From: Candidatus Woesearchaeota archaeon
GTDB taxonomy: Archaea > Nanobdellota > Nanobdellia > Woesearchaeales > SKIA01
Direction: 5' to 3'
Length of the DNA stretch: 64,000 nt
Assembly: GCA_046704725.1 (NCBI GenBank)
Contig: JBJKRI010000005.1
Span: 32,001 to 96,000, forward strand
The notes under the pieces are model-generated. The model had not been told where the DNA came from. It saw nothing but the letters and a program-made list of their open reading frames with translations, and did not search any database. Positions within the stretch are counted from its first letter, which is position 1; the number at the start of each line of letters is the position of its first letter. Positions 1 to 8,922 of the stretch are shown in pieces. Both the position numbers and the translations under genes were made by a program.

Positions 1-2598
1 GGACCGTTCACAGACTATAATACGACGCACGCGTTCCCCGTGGCGATGCCCTACGGGACGGGCAGCCGCGTCGTGAACGTCTCGTGCATCAATCGCAACG
101 GCAAGGAATCGAACCGGAGCGTGACGATCACCGAGGACTATCCGAGCGCATTGAGCATCGTCGTCACGACCCCGCGCTTCATCGGCACGCCGCAAGTGCC
201 GTTGACCGTGCGAACGAGCATGCTCGCCGACTGCACCGCGACAGGAGCGGGCAAGACGGCGAAACTGTCTACGCTCGATGGCGTGTCGCATACCGGGACG
301 CTTCAGCTCCCCGACGGGACCACGAACGTCACGTACACGTGTACCGAACGAGACAAGAGCGCGCACCAGACAAGCGTGCAGCAGCCCGTGACGGTGGATA
401 CGACCGGACCCTCTGTCGTATTGAAGATGCCGGCGTACACCTGCGGATTCAACCAGTTGCTCGTGGCGGGAACCGTGACGGATAATAGCGGTGTTTCGAG
501 CGTGAACATCTCGTTGTTGGGGAAGACGTACACGACAACGTCACTGCCGTACACCATCAAGAACCTCAATCTCACGGAGAACAAGACCTACACCGTCTCG
601 GTGACCGCGACAGACAAGGCGGGCAATACCGCACCGGCGAGCACCGCGCAGGTCATGGGCAAGAACGCGTCGGACGGCGCGTGCGACACCACGCCACCCG
701 TCGTGCGGTTGAACCAGAAGGCCGGCAACGACGGGGTGCGGGTCTGGCTGAACTGCACGGACAACGTCGCGTGCGCCGACGCCTACGCGATGGGGGTCGG
801 AGCGCCCGACGGCGCATGCACGCTCACTGACGAGAAGTTCTCCGAGAACTATTCCGTGCTGCTCACGAACACGAGCAAGGTCTGTTGGCACGTCGAGGAT
901 GTGAACGGACAGGTCACCGAAGGGCACAAGGTCGTCGATGTGCAGCAGTATCCCGCGACGTGCACCGACGGCATCAAGGACGCGAACGAGACGGGTCTCG
1001 ACTGCGGCGGGCCGTGCGCTCCATGCGATTCAGGCAACCTCACCTGCAAGACCTCCGCTGACTGCGGCGTCGGCGGCATCTGCAGCTCAGGCACGTGCTA
1101 CCAAGCGCAGGTCACGTCATGCACGGCGGATGCGGACTGTGGAGCGGGATCGACGTGCGTGCAAGGGGAGTGCCGAGTGCCCGTGACAGGAAAACCGCCG
1201 GTCTGCACCTTCCCGAGCGACTGCAGCGCCAACGCGACGTGCGGGCAGAACGACACCTGCTACGTGCAGGGAGCGTCGAGCTGCTCGACCAGCAGTGATT
1301 GCGGCGCCGGAGAGTACTGTGTCTTCAGCCAGTGCAGCACCGTGACGCCGCCGATATCCGGCTGCACGAACGACAGCGCGTGCCCGCAAGGAGCGATCTG
1401 CAGCCAAGGCACGTGCTGGGCGCCCCATGTCACGAGCTGCGCCGCGGCCACCGACTGCGCCGCGGGAGGGGCATGTATGCAAGGGGCGTGCTACGCGGCA
1501 TCACAAGCCAGCGATACCTGCGTCACAGGGACGGATTGCGTCTCCGGCGTCTGCGACAGCACGACGAACACCTGCACGCAGAGCGGCTGCAACAACGGCA
1601 TCAAGGACGGGCAGGAGACCGCGGTGGACTGCGGCGGACCGTCGTGCGGCGCGTGCGGCGCGGGCAAGTCCTGCCTGGTGAACAGCGATTGCCAGAGCGC
1701 GAACTGCGTGCAGGGCGTCTGCCAAGCGCCGACCTGCACGGACGGCATCAAGAACCAGGACGAGACGGATATCGACTGCGGCGGAACAGTGTGCCAGCCG
1801 TGCAGCGAGGGATCGGCATGCCTGCAGAACAGCGACTGCGCGACGGACATCTGCAGCGGGACGACCTGCACGAACCAGACGCTCCAAGTGGACAACCCGT
1901 CGCAGCTCGGCAACGGATCGTCGTACAACTACCAGACGTCGCCCACATCAGGGCTCTCGTGGTTCGCCATCGTGCTCATCGTGATCGGCGTGCTGCTCAT
2001 GGGAAGCGGCGGCGGGTACATCTACTACGAACGCAACAGGGTGCACGCCCCGAGACGGACGACGGGACCGCCGGTGACCGGAGGCCGCAGCACAGGCGGG
2101 CAATCGAGCACGCTCACCCCCATCACGCCCAAAGAGGACTACGCGACGAGCAAGCTGCGCGAAGAGGCGCGCAAGCGTCGCCGATCCACGCGCGTCGCCG
2201 GACGCAAGGACCTGCTCAGCGCCTTCGACGAGGAGAAGGCAGAATCACAGGCGAAGACCGTGAAGAAGCCATCGAAGCCCGCGGTGAAGACCGCTCCGGA
2301 GAAGCCCGTCAAGAAAGCGGCGATCAAGGACCACACCGCTCCGGAGAAGCCCGTCGTGAAGCGCAAGGAGACGCCCAAAGAAGTCTTCGAGCGGCTCGAC
2401 AGCCTCGGACGGGACGTGCTGAAGAAGCGGTTCTCCGTGGCGAAGACCCCGGCTGCCATCCGGGACCTGGCGCGATCTCTCATGACGGAGGGCAGGGCGA
2501 AGCCGCACGCCGTGGACGCCGCGCTCGCCGACATGCACGCGAGCGGCCTGATGAGCGAGAAGGATCTCAACAAGCTGCGCGAGGACCTCGAGCTCTGA
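1..2598 (+). CDS. Large cysteine-rich, membrane-anchored surface protein (5' partial): Ig-like domains, Cys-rich repeats, C-terminal TM, basic cytoplasmic tail
   Basis: Frame open from position 1. Ig-like DTTGP/DTTPP boundaries; three CxDGIK(D/N)xxETxxDCGG-type repeats; many C-x5-C-x5-C-x4-C units; TM WFAIVLIVIGVLLMGSGGGYIYY; Lys-rich tail. Confidence 0.75.
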   Translation, partial: GPFTDYNTTHAFPVAMPYGTGSRVVNVSCINRNGKESNRSVTITEDYPSALSIVVTTPRFIGTPQVPLTVRTSMLADCTATGAGKTAKLSTLDGVSHTGTLQLPDGTTNVTYTCTERDKSAHQTSVQQPVTVDTTGPSVVLKMPAYTCGFNQLLVAGTVTDNSGVSSVNISLLGKTYTTTSLPYTIKNLNLTENKTYTVSVTATDKAGNTAPASTAQVMGKNASDGACDTTPPVVRLNQKAGNDGVRVWLNCTDNVACADAYAMGVGAPDGACTLTDEKFSENYSVLLTNTSKVCWHVEDVNGQVTEGHKVVDVQQYPATCTDGIKDANETGLDCGGPCAPCDSGNLTCKTSADCGVGGICSSGTCYQAQVTSCTADADCGAGSTCVQGECRVPVTGKPPVCTFPSDCSANATCGQNDTCYVQGASSCSTSSDCGAGEYCVFSQCSTVTPPISGCTNDSACPQGAICSQGTCWAPHVTSCAAATDCAAGGACMQGACYAASQASDTCVTGTDCVSGVCDSTTNTCTQSGCNNGIKDGQETAVDCGGPSCGACGAGKSCLVNSDCQSANCVQGVCQAPTCTDGIKNQDETDIDCGGTVCQPCSEGSACLQNSDCATDICSGTTCTNQTLQVDNPSQLGNGSSYNYQTSPTSGLSWFAIVLIVIGVLLMGSGGGYIYYERNRVHAPRRTTGPPVTGGRSTGGQSSTLTPITPKEDYATSKLREEARKRRRSTRVAGRKDLLSAFDEEKAESQAKTVKKPSKPAVKTAPEKPVKKAAIKDHTAPEKPVVKRKETPKEVFERLDSLGRDVLKKRFSVAKTPAAIRDLARSLMTEGRAKPHAVDAALADMHASGLMSEKDLNKLREDLEL

Positions 2599-2635
2599 GG
2601 AAACATTTCTTAAGGAAGGCGTGCAGAATAAGCGC

Positions 2636-3220
2636 ATGGGTCGTTCGCGCGCCGGACAATTGCTTGGTCAGATCGTGATCTTCGTAATCGGGTTGGTCGT
2701 GGTCGCTGCGGTACTGGCATACGGCTACATCGTATGGAACGATATCCTCGCGAAGCGTTGCGTGGTCGTCGGTGCGCAGTTCGGTACCGATCTCGCTCAG
2801 GCCATCGATACGAATCGTCAGTGGGGGACCTCGCATCCGGTGACCTTGTCCGCGCCGTGCCAGAGCGTGGATGTGTGCTTCATCGACCTACCCTTCATCG
2901 ACAGCTGGGCTACCGCCGGGACGCAGAGCGGAACTGCATTCCAGCCCTTCAGTTTCATCGGTGCAGGCGCTGTGCAGCCGACCTCTGCGCAGAGGTCCGT
3001 GATGGAGTCGAGTGTGCGGTCTGGAGACCTGACGAACGTCTTCACAATCCAGCAGGACGGCACCGTGCTGCCCGTGCAGAAATTCAACAGCAATCCAGCC
3101 ACGATCGCCGTCCGTAATCAGAACGATTCTGGAAGGGCTGTGTGCTACCCTGCTGTCGGTGGGCAGTTCACCGTGCGTATGGAAGGGAGGGGAGGGCTCG
3201 TCCAGGTCGGGACGCAGTGA
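2636..3220 (+). CDS. Type IV pilin-like protein (class III signal peptide), paralog A
   Basis: MGRSRAG/QLLGQIVIFVIGLVVVAAVL; ATG about 30 nt after a TTTCTTAAG TATA-like box; tandem paralog of next gene. Confidence 0.75.
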   Translation: MGRSRAGQLLGQIVIFVIGLVVVAAVLAYGYIVWNDILAKRCVVVGAQFGTDLAQAIDTNRQWGTSHPVTLSAPCQSVDVCFIDLPFIDSWATAGTQSGTAFQPFSFIGAGAVQPTSAQRSVMESSVRSGDLTNVFTIQQDGTVLPVQKFNSNPATIAVRNQNDSGRAVCYPAVGGQFTVRMEGRGGLVQVGTQ

Positions 3221-3277
3221 GAAGGACGGAGAACAGGAGGAACATTATTTAAAGGGCCTTCGCGGGTCAGAAGACAG

Positions 3278-3862
3278 GTGAGTCGCATGCGCAAGGGGCA
3301 ACTGCTCGGTCATATCGTCGTGTTCGTCATCGGACTGATCGTGGTCGCCGCAGTGCTCTACTTCGGTTATAGCGTCCTGCAGAACATGGGCGTCAAGCGC
3401 TGCGAGGTCGTGCGCGTGCAGTTCGGGACCGATCTCGCGCAGGCCATCGATACGAACCGCGAGTGGGGGACGTCGCATCCGGTGACGCTGTCCGCTCCGT
3501 GCCAGAGCGTCGATATATGCTTCATCGACCGGCCGCTCATCGACGATTGGGCGGCGAACGGCCACAAAGGGGGCTCGGGATTCACGCCGTTCAGCTTCGT
3601 CAGCGAAAAAGCAGTGCAGCCGACGGCGCCGCAGAGGAGCCTGATGGAGACGAGCGTGCAGTCGTTCGACCCGACGAACGTGTTCACCATCCAGCAGGAC
3701 GGCACCGTGCTGCCCGTGGAGAAGTTCAGCGACGTGTCAGCCGCCGTGACCGTGCATAATCCGAGCGATCCAGGGAAGGCGGTCTGCTATGCTGCCGTTG
3801 GAGGGCAGTTCACCGTGCGCATGGAAGGGCAGGGAGGTCTCGTGCAGGTGGGGACACAATGA
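3278..3862 (+). CDS. Type IV pilin-like protein, paralog B
   Basis: RMRKG/QLLGHIVVFVIGLIVV; near-identical to the upstream protein in several blocks. Confidence 0.75.
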   Translation: MSRMRKGQLLGHIVVFVIGLIVVAAVLYFGYSVLQNMGVKRCEVVRVQFGTDLAQAIDTNREWGTSHPVTLSAPCQSVDICFIDRPLIDDWAANGHKGGSGFTPFSFVSEKAVQPTAPQRSLMETSVQSFDPTNVFTIQQDGTVLPVEKFSDVSAAVTVHNPSDPGKAVCYAAVGGQFTVRMEGQGGLVQVGTQ

Positions 3863-4947
3863 GCAGGAAAGGCATCGGCACATTGTTCGTGTGGATATTC
3901 ATCGTCATCGTGGGCGGGCTAATACTGCTCATGTTCTTCCTCGTCGCGCAAGGCCAAGTGCAGGCGGGCAAGTCCAATCTCGATTTCGAGGCGCTCCAGC
4001 AAGTGACGACGATCATCGCGACGCAACAGACGAGCCCCGACACCTATGCGCAAGTGCCTATCCCGAACGACAAGATCACCTTGCAGTGCGAGCTCATACC
4101 GCCGAAGACGATCCTCTCGCAGATCAATATCGGCGGGCAAGGCCAGGACATGACGCATCTGCTGGTCGCAGGGCGCAATATCACCACCGGGCAGCTGGTA
4201 TTGTTCAACAAGGAGTTATGGTTGCCGTTCAGCGTGGGAAACGTCCTGTTCCTGACCGATGACAAGGAGATGCTCGTATTGCAGGACGCGGCGAACGTGC
4301 ACGACGCGAGCCAGGCGCTCATCGCCTTCAACGAAAGCATCCCGTCGGCCGTGGACCGGCGCGTGGATCCGACAGGTTCGGCCATACCGAACGCCGCGGA
4401 CTACCAGAACACGCGCGTCGTCTTGTTCGACCCGCCGCAGGACGTGAAGACGCTCTCGCAGTTCGACGTGCTCGACGGCGCGAAAGCGCAGCTCATGGTC
4501 GTGCGGCCGAGCACCACGGACTGGCGGCAAGCAGGAACCATCACCTTCTACAAGCCCGACCCGACACCCCCTCCGGGCACGCCCGACGCGGTCCTCCCCG
4601 TGAACCCGCCCATCCCGTACGTGGGAGAGACGATGCTGCTCGCGTTCATCTGGCAAGGCGACAGGGACAGCGCCTCATGCCTGCAAGCCAAGATCGCCGA
4701 TCGCATCTCATTGGAATCCACGCTGCAGATGGAGCGCTACGGCATTCTCTACCAGCAGGCCAAGAACGTGCAGGACACGGCGTGCTACGGCGCGTACACG
4801 ACCGGTGCGCTCAAGAACCTACGTGACGTGGGTGGCGACACCTCGAAATGGGCGGGAGCGAACGGCATAGCGGACGCCGTCAATCTTGTTGCTGCGCAGA
4901 ACCAGAACGTCCTGCGCGGCGGAGGGAGCTGTGCGACGATCTACTAA
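3859..4947 (+). CDS. Pilin-like (minor pilin) protein
   Basis: MSRKG/IGTLFVWIFIVIVGGLILLMFF; ATGA overlap with upstream stop. Confidence 0.7.
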   Translation: MSRKGIGTLFVWIFIVIVGGLILLMFFLVAQGQVQAGKSNLDFEALQQVTTIIATQQTSPDTYAQVPIPNDKITLQCELIPPKTILSQINIGGQGQDMTHLLVAGRNITTGQLVLFNKELWLPFSVGNVLFLTDDKEMLVLQDAANVHDASQALIAFNESIPSAVDRRVDPTGSAIPNAADYQNTRVVLFDPPQDVKTLSQFDVLDGAKAQLMVVRPSTTDWRQAGTITFYKPDPTPPPGTPDAVLPVNPPIPYVGETMLLAFIWQGDRDSASCLQAKIADRISLESTLQMERYGILYQQAKNVQDTACYGAYTTGALKNLRDVGGDTSKWAGANGIADAVNLVAAQNQNVLRGGGSCATIY

Positions 4948-5449
4948 GGGGCAGATGCAGGTCCTCGAGACATCGGCGGTCATCCTCGTCTTCGTCGTGC
5001 TCGTGATATTCGCCCTCGCGTGGTTCGCCAAGGCGAACCAGAGCTCATCGAGCTCGCAGCTCGACCAGAGCACAAGACTGGCGTTGCTGGCTACTGCGAA
5101 AGAAGTCATGAACATGCCCGAGCTGCGTTGCAGCATCGCCGGAAAGACGGACAGCACGTGCGTCGATTTGGACCGCGTGAAAGCGTTCCAACGATTGATC
5201 GCCAACGACCCCACGTTCGCCGCGCAGTACCAGGACCGTTTCGCCGGATACAACGTGTACCTACAACTCATCTACCCGCACAGCGAGGCGGTGAGCGGCG
5301 GGGCGACGAGCGTGACCGTCATGTCGTTCGGGCAGAGCACCCAGACCACGCGACGGGTGGCCATACCGGTCATCGCGTACGACCCAGTCACAGGAAAGCA
5401 CATCTTCAGCATGCTCGTGCTCGAGCAGCACACCGGAGGAACCGCATGA
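4931..5449 (+). CDS. Pilin-like protein
   Basis: GTG start after GGAGG; MRRSTKG/QMQVLETSAVILVFVVLVIF. Confidence 0.7.
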   Translation: MRRSTKGQMQVLETSAVILVFVVLVIFALAWFAKANQSSSSSQLDQSTRLALLATAKEVMNMPELRCSIAGKTDSTCVDLDRVKAFQRLIANDPTFAAQYQDRFAGYNVYLQLIYPHSEAVSGGATSVTVMSFGQSTQTTRRVAIPVIAYDPVTGKHIFSMLVLEQHTGGTA

Positions 5450-5964
5450 GCAAGGGGCAGTTCGAGATCATGGGCCTCGCGATCGTGGTGGTCATCATCA
5501 GCGTGGGCATCTTCTTCATGCTCTCCGTCTCGCTGCGTCCCCCCTCGGATCCCGTCTCGCAGGGCATCCACCAACAGTTCGCGCAGAACGTGGTGGACGC
5601 ATTGCTCAAGACAGACCTCGATGGCTGCCCGTACACCGTGCAGGACGCGATCGTCTGGAAAGCGACAGACTCCTACCCGTCCGTGCCGGGGAATCCGCGC
5701 TGCGCGACGCCCGCCGGCCTGGACGACATCATGGGCAACCTCACGCAGGCGATCACCATGTACAGCGGGATGACCTATCATATCGAGATCCGTTATCCCG
5801 CGTGCACCAGCGTGGACAGCAGCCAATGCACCGTCATCTATGAGAAGGACAACGGCTGCAACCCCCTCACGCAGCAGGCGGGACGCCCGGGGATACAGCC
5901 CATACCCACCTGGCCGAAGCCTGGACAGGCCCAGCTCGTGGTCTGGTTGTGCGAACCGCAGTAG
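5446..5964 (+). CDS. Pilin-like protein
   Basis: MSKG/QFEIMGLAIVVVIISVGIFF; ATGA coupling; GGAGG RBS. Confidence 0.72.
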   Translation: MSKGQFEIMGLAIVVVIISVGIFFMLSVSLRPPSDPVSQGIHQQFAQNVVDALLKTDLDGCPYTVQDAIVWKATDSYPSVPGNPRCATPAGLDDIMGNLTQAITMYSGMTYHIEIRYPACTSVDSSQCTVIYEKDNGCNPLTQQAGRPGIQPIPTWPKPGQAQLVVWLCEPQ

Positions 5965-5965
5965 G

Positions 5966-5995
5966 TTTAAATACGCCTTTCGGGAGTGGGAACGC
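5966..5995 (+). promoter_or_regulatory. Archaeal TATA promoter, leaderless transcript
   Basis: TTTAAATACGCCTTTCGGGAG; ATG 30 nt downstream; near-copy at 9851. Confidence 0.65.
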
Positions 5996-6103
5996 ATGGA
6001 CGAGATCGAGACCCGGACGCTCGTGAGCATCGTCTTCGTCATCATCATGATCGTCATCGTCATGGCGGTCCTGTTCGGGAAGCTCAAGGGGTTGCTCGGA
6101 TGA
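5996..6103 (+). CDS. 35-aa pilin-helix-only peptide
   Basis: MDEIETRTLVSIVFVIIMIVIVMAVLFGKLKGLLG; starts 30 nt after TTTAAATA; ATGA overlap with next gene. Confidence 0.6.
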   Translation: MDEIETRTLVSIVFVIIMIVIVMAVLFGKLKGLLG

Positions 6104-6963
6104 GACGCGGCCTCGAGCAGGCGACGGCGGTCGCGCTCGTCTTGTTCCTCGTCTTCGCCATCCTCCTCCTCGGCCTCGGGGCGGAGATCTGGAGCGGGCT
6201 GCGGAACGGGCTGGACATCCAATGCGCCCTCAGCTCGAGCCTGCGAAGCCTCGGCGGCAAGATCTCCATGCAGAACGCTTTCTCGCTGTCGTGCCCGCGA
6301 CGCTTCCTCGACGTCGGCAAGGACACCGTCAAGCTCTCGTACTTCGAGTGGGGGAAGGTCAAGGCCGGAGGGACGTACGCCTACCTCTTCACCGCGAAGG
6401 ACACGAAAGGGGATATCCACCTGCAGTCGAAGACGGCGCTCGACTCCAAGAGCTTCGCTACGGACTTCTCGCGCCTGGCGAGCTACGAGATGCAGCAGTG
6501 CTGGAAGGGATTCGGGAGCGGGAAATACGACGTGACCGGGAGCACGTCGATCTTCTCCGGAAACGCGTGCGTCATCTGCTCGGAGATCTACCTCGACAAG
6601 ACCAGCGGAGCGCCCACGACGACCGTGAACCTCCTAAACGACCTCAACACGATGCACGTGCCGTTCGCGGATTCGGCAGGGACGATGGGCGCGCAGACCT
6701 ACATGCAATACCTCTACGACCCATCGAACCCGTCCGACCCGACCACATGCCTGTCCAAGGACGATATCGACAAGCAGATGGGCGCGATACCGATCGCCTC
6801 CGGAAAGGACTACGCCGTCGTCTTGTACCGCAACGGAGGAAAACTGCAGAGCGCGGTAGGCGCGCCCGGCAAGCTCGTCGGTGCCGGCAATCCCTATTGC
6901 CAGGCGGTGGCGACCATCCCGATAGAACAAGTCTTCCAGGACTGCGACGCGGTCCTCAACTGA
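6100..6963 (+). CDS. Pilin-like protein with Cys pairs
   Basis: MRRG/LEQATAVALVLFLVFAILLL; CWKGFG and CVIC motifs. Confidence 0.7.
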   Translation: MRRGLEQATAVALVLFLVFAILLLGLGAEIWSGLRNGLDIQCALSSSLRSLGGKISMQNAFSLSCPRRFLDVGKDTVKLSYFEWGKVKAGGTYAYLFTAKDTKGDIHLQSKTALDSKSFATDFSRLASYEMQQCWKGFGSGKYDVTGSTSIFSGNACVICSEIYLDKTSGAPTTTVNLLNDLNTMHVPFADSAGTMGAQTYMQYLYDPSNPSDPTTCLSKDDIDKQMGAIPIASGKDYAVVLYRNGGKLQSAVGAPGKLVGAGNPYCQAVATIPIEQVFQDCDAVLN

Positions 6964-6967
6964 TACC

Positions 6968-7771
6968 ATGGCAGAACATCTCAACGCATTGGTCGTCGTC
7001 GTGCTCGCGGCGATACTTCTCCTGCTGCTGCTCGGCGTGTCGGGCATCATCGGCGGCATCGCGAAGTCGAGCGGCGACACGTCGTGCCCGACGAGCGTGG
7101 CCGAACGCGTGCAGGCGCTCTTCGTCACGGACAACGCCGAGCCGCTGCTCACCGGCTGCGACACGCGTACCGCGACGTTCACCAAGGACACGTCGGACGC
7201 GGCGATCGCGAGCCGTATCGCGACGGACTACAGCTGGTGCGCGAACAGCTTCAAGCCGGCGTGGACGCATCCGATCACGCGCAAGTCGAGCGTGTACTGC
7301 CACGTCTGCGCCTACTACACCTATTCCGGGTCGCCGCGTGCGGTGCCAGGAGTGCTGACAGCGCTCCTGGACAACGGTATCGCATCCGACGGAATCAATA
7401 TCACCGGTGTATCATCGCCAGATATCCTGAAGAAGCAGCCGATGCTGCTCGAGAAGAACCTGAGCATCGTCTTCTACCAAGAACGGCAGGACTCGTCGGT
7501 CCTCGGCCAATACTACAAGAAATGGCAGGGCGGCGCTGCCGGAGGGCTCCTCGGCTACGGAGGCGTGGAGCTCGTGGCAGTCGTCCTCCCCGCAATAGGG
7601 TCCTTGCCGGTCACCGCCACCGTGGCGGCGGTCGGCGCGGCGGGCGGCTACCTGTTCGGCGGCTACCTGTTCGACGGGAACACCGTTCACAGCGACATCA
7701 TTATAAGGCCTCTCGACAGTGACATGGTCAATGGCCTCGGCTGCACCACGACGGATGTCCGGCAACCGTAG
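6968..7771 (+). CDS. Pilin-like protein with internal Gly-rich hydrophobic segment
   Basis: N-terminal hydrophobic helix; CANSF/CHVC motifs parallel those of the 6100 gene; GGAAGGLLGYGG...AAVGAAGGYLFGG segment. Confidence 0.65.
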   Translation: MAEHLNALVVVVLAAILLLLLLGVSGIIGGIAKSSGDTSCPTSVAERVQALFVTDNAEPLLTGCDTRTATFTKDTSDAAIASRIATDYSWCANSFKPAWTHPITRKSSVYCHVCAYYTYSGSPRAVPGVLTALLDNGIASDGINITGVSSPDILKKQPMLLEKNLSIVFYQERQDSSVLGQYYKKWQGGAAGGLLGYGGVELVAVVLPAIGSLPVTATVAAVGAAGGYLFGGYLFDGNTVHSDIIIRPLDSDMVNGLGCTTTDVRQP

Positions 7772-7934
7772 GGGGATGGAGACGAGCACGCTCGTGCGGC
7801 TCATCATCCTCACCGTGTTCCTGCTCCTCGTGCTCGGGGCGATGATCGTCATCTGGAAGAACGCGCACGGCGCGTTCTCCGGGTCCAATAGCCTGTGCGC
7901 GAAGACGGGCGGGCTATTCGGGGGCTGCACATGA
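7755..7934 (+). CDS. Small pilin-like protein
   Basis: MSGNRRG/METSTLVRLIILTVFLLLVL; C-terminal Cys pair. Confidence 0.65.
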   Translation: MSGNRRGMETSTLVRLIILTVFLLLVLGAMIVIWKNAHGAFSGSNSLCAKTGGLFGGCT

Positions 7935-8092
7935 GGCGCGGCTCGATCGCTTTCGAGAAGCTCGTGAAATGGGTTCTCGGTGGATTGCTCGCAGTGGTCA
8001 TCCTGTATTTCCTGATCAACCAGTTCAGCCCCAACAAGCAGGGAGTCGTGCATCAGCTCATCGCGCTCCTGGGCCAGGCCAAGAGCCCCTAG
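7931..8092 (+). CDS. Small pilin-like protein
   Basis: MRRG/SIAFEKLVKWVLGGLLAVVILYF (Glu at +5); ATGA coupling. Confidence 0.65.
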   Translation: MRRGSIAFEKLVKWVLGGLLAVVILYFLINQFSPNKQGVVHQLIALLGQAKSP

Positions 8093-8129
8093 CGAAGCGT
8101 TTAAATAGTCTCCTCTCCGGGAGCACTCC

Positions 8130-8408
8130 ATGGAACGCCGCGCCCAGGGCATCTCGCTCAATGTCATCATCATCGCCGCGATATCGCTCGTGGTGCTCGT
8201 TATCCTCGTCGCCCTCGTCTTCAATTGGGGCGGGAACTTCAAGAACGGAACGACCAGTTGCGAAGCGCTCGGTACCAAGGGCGTGGATTATCAGTGCGTC
8301 AGCCCGAATATCGGTGAGCAGTGCCCGACCGGCTGGAAACCATTCGCTGGGCGCACGTGTGCCCAATCGACACCGGACAATCCAAAGACGTGCTGCATCC
8401 CGGTATGA
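8130..8408 (+). CDS. Small pilin with six-Cys head domain
   Basis: MERRA/QGISLNVIIIAAISLVVLVIL; six Cys ending in CC; 30 nt after TTTAAATA. Confidence 0.75.
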   Translation: MERRAQGISLNVIIIAAISLVVLVILVALVFNWGGNFKNGTTSCEALGTKGVDYQCVSPNIGEQCPTGWKPFAGRTCAQSTPDNPKTCCIPV

Positions 8409-8662
8409 GACGCGCGCAAGGACTCAGTCTGAATGTTGTCATCATCGCGGCGATAGCGCTGCTCGTCCTCGTGATACTCGCTGTCATCCTGTCGCGGAGC
8501 GGAGCGATATTCAGCAAACAGACCACCAACGGCTGTGTGGCGAACGGTGGAGAATGCGCAGCGCCGACGAGCCAGATCGCCACCGACCCCGCGAACTACG
8601 TCGCGCATCCAGAATTCACCTGCCCGACCGGACAGACCTGCTACGTGTACCAATATGGATAA
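8405..8662 (+). CDS. Small pilin with four-Cys head domain
   Basis: MRRA/QGLSLNVVIIAAIALLVLVIL; CVANGGEC...CPTGQTC. Confidence 0.75.
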   Translation: MRRAQGLSLNVVIIAAIALLVLVILAVILSRSGAIFSKQTTNGCVANGGECAAPTSQIATDPANYVAHPEFTCPTGQTCYVYQYG

Positions 8663-8897
8663 GGGACAGAACCTGTCGGTGAGCACGCTCGTTCTTGTCG
8701 CACTCGGCGTGCTTATCCTCGTCCTCGCCGCGCTGGCCATCAACAAGTACTGGGGCGGGTTCTCGAGCACCGCACAGGACTGCCATAACCAAGGCGGTAC
8801 CTGCACGCCGTCAGCGCAGTGCGCCAACAGCCAGGTGGATCAGCTCGCCACATGCCCGACGAAGGGAGACGTCTGTTGCGTCGGCACAAGCCCTTAA
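8655..8897 (+). CDS. Small pilin with beta-defensin-like six-Cys head
   Basis: MDKG/QNLSVSTLVLVALGVLILVL; C-x6-C-x5-C-x10-C-x6-CC. Confidence 0.72.
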   Translation: MDKGQNLSVSTLVLVALGVLILVLAALAINKYWGGFSSTAQDCHNQGGTCTPSAQCANSQVDQLATCPTKGDVCCVGTSP

Positions 8898-8922
8898 ATA
8901 GCAGGAATCCGGAGAGCGCAGC

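Noticed and set aside
1299-2678. Long alternative-frame and antisense ORFs (also 5272-6420, 12059-13474, 18113-19843, 46524-48380, 57959-59536)
   Set aside because: Arg/Ala/Gly-rich shadows of real high-GC genes with no recognisable motifs.
2636-3862. Duplicated pilin genes as a DGR template/variable repeat pair
   Set aside because: Differences are mostly synonymous third-position changes rather than adenine-specific, both copies are full genes, and no reverse transcriptase is in the window.
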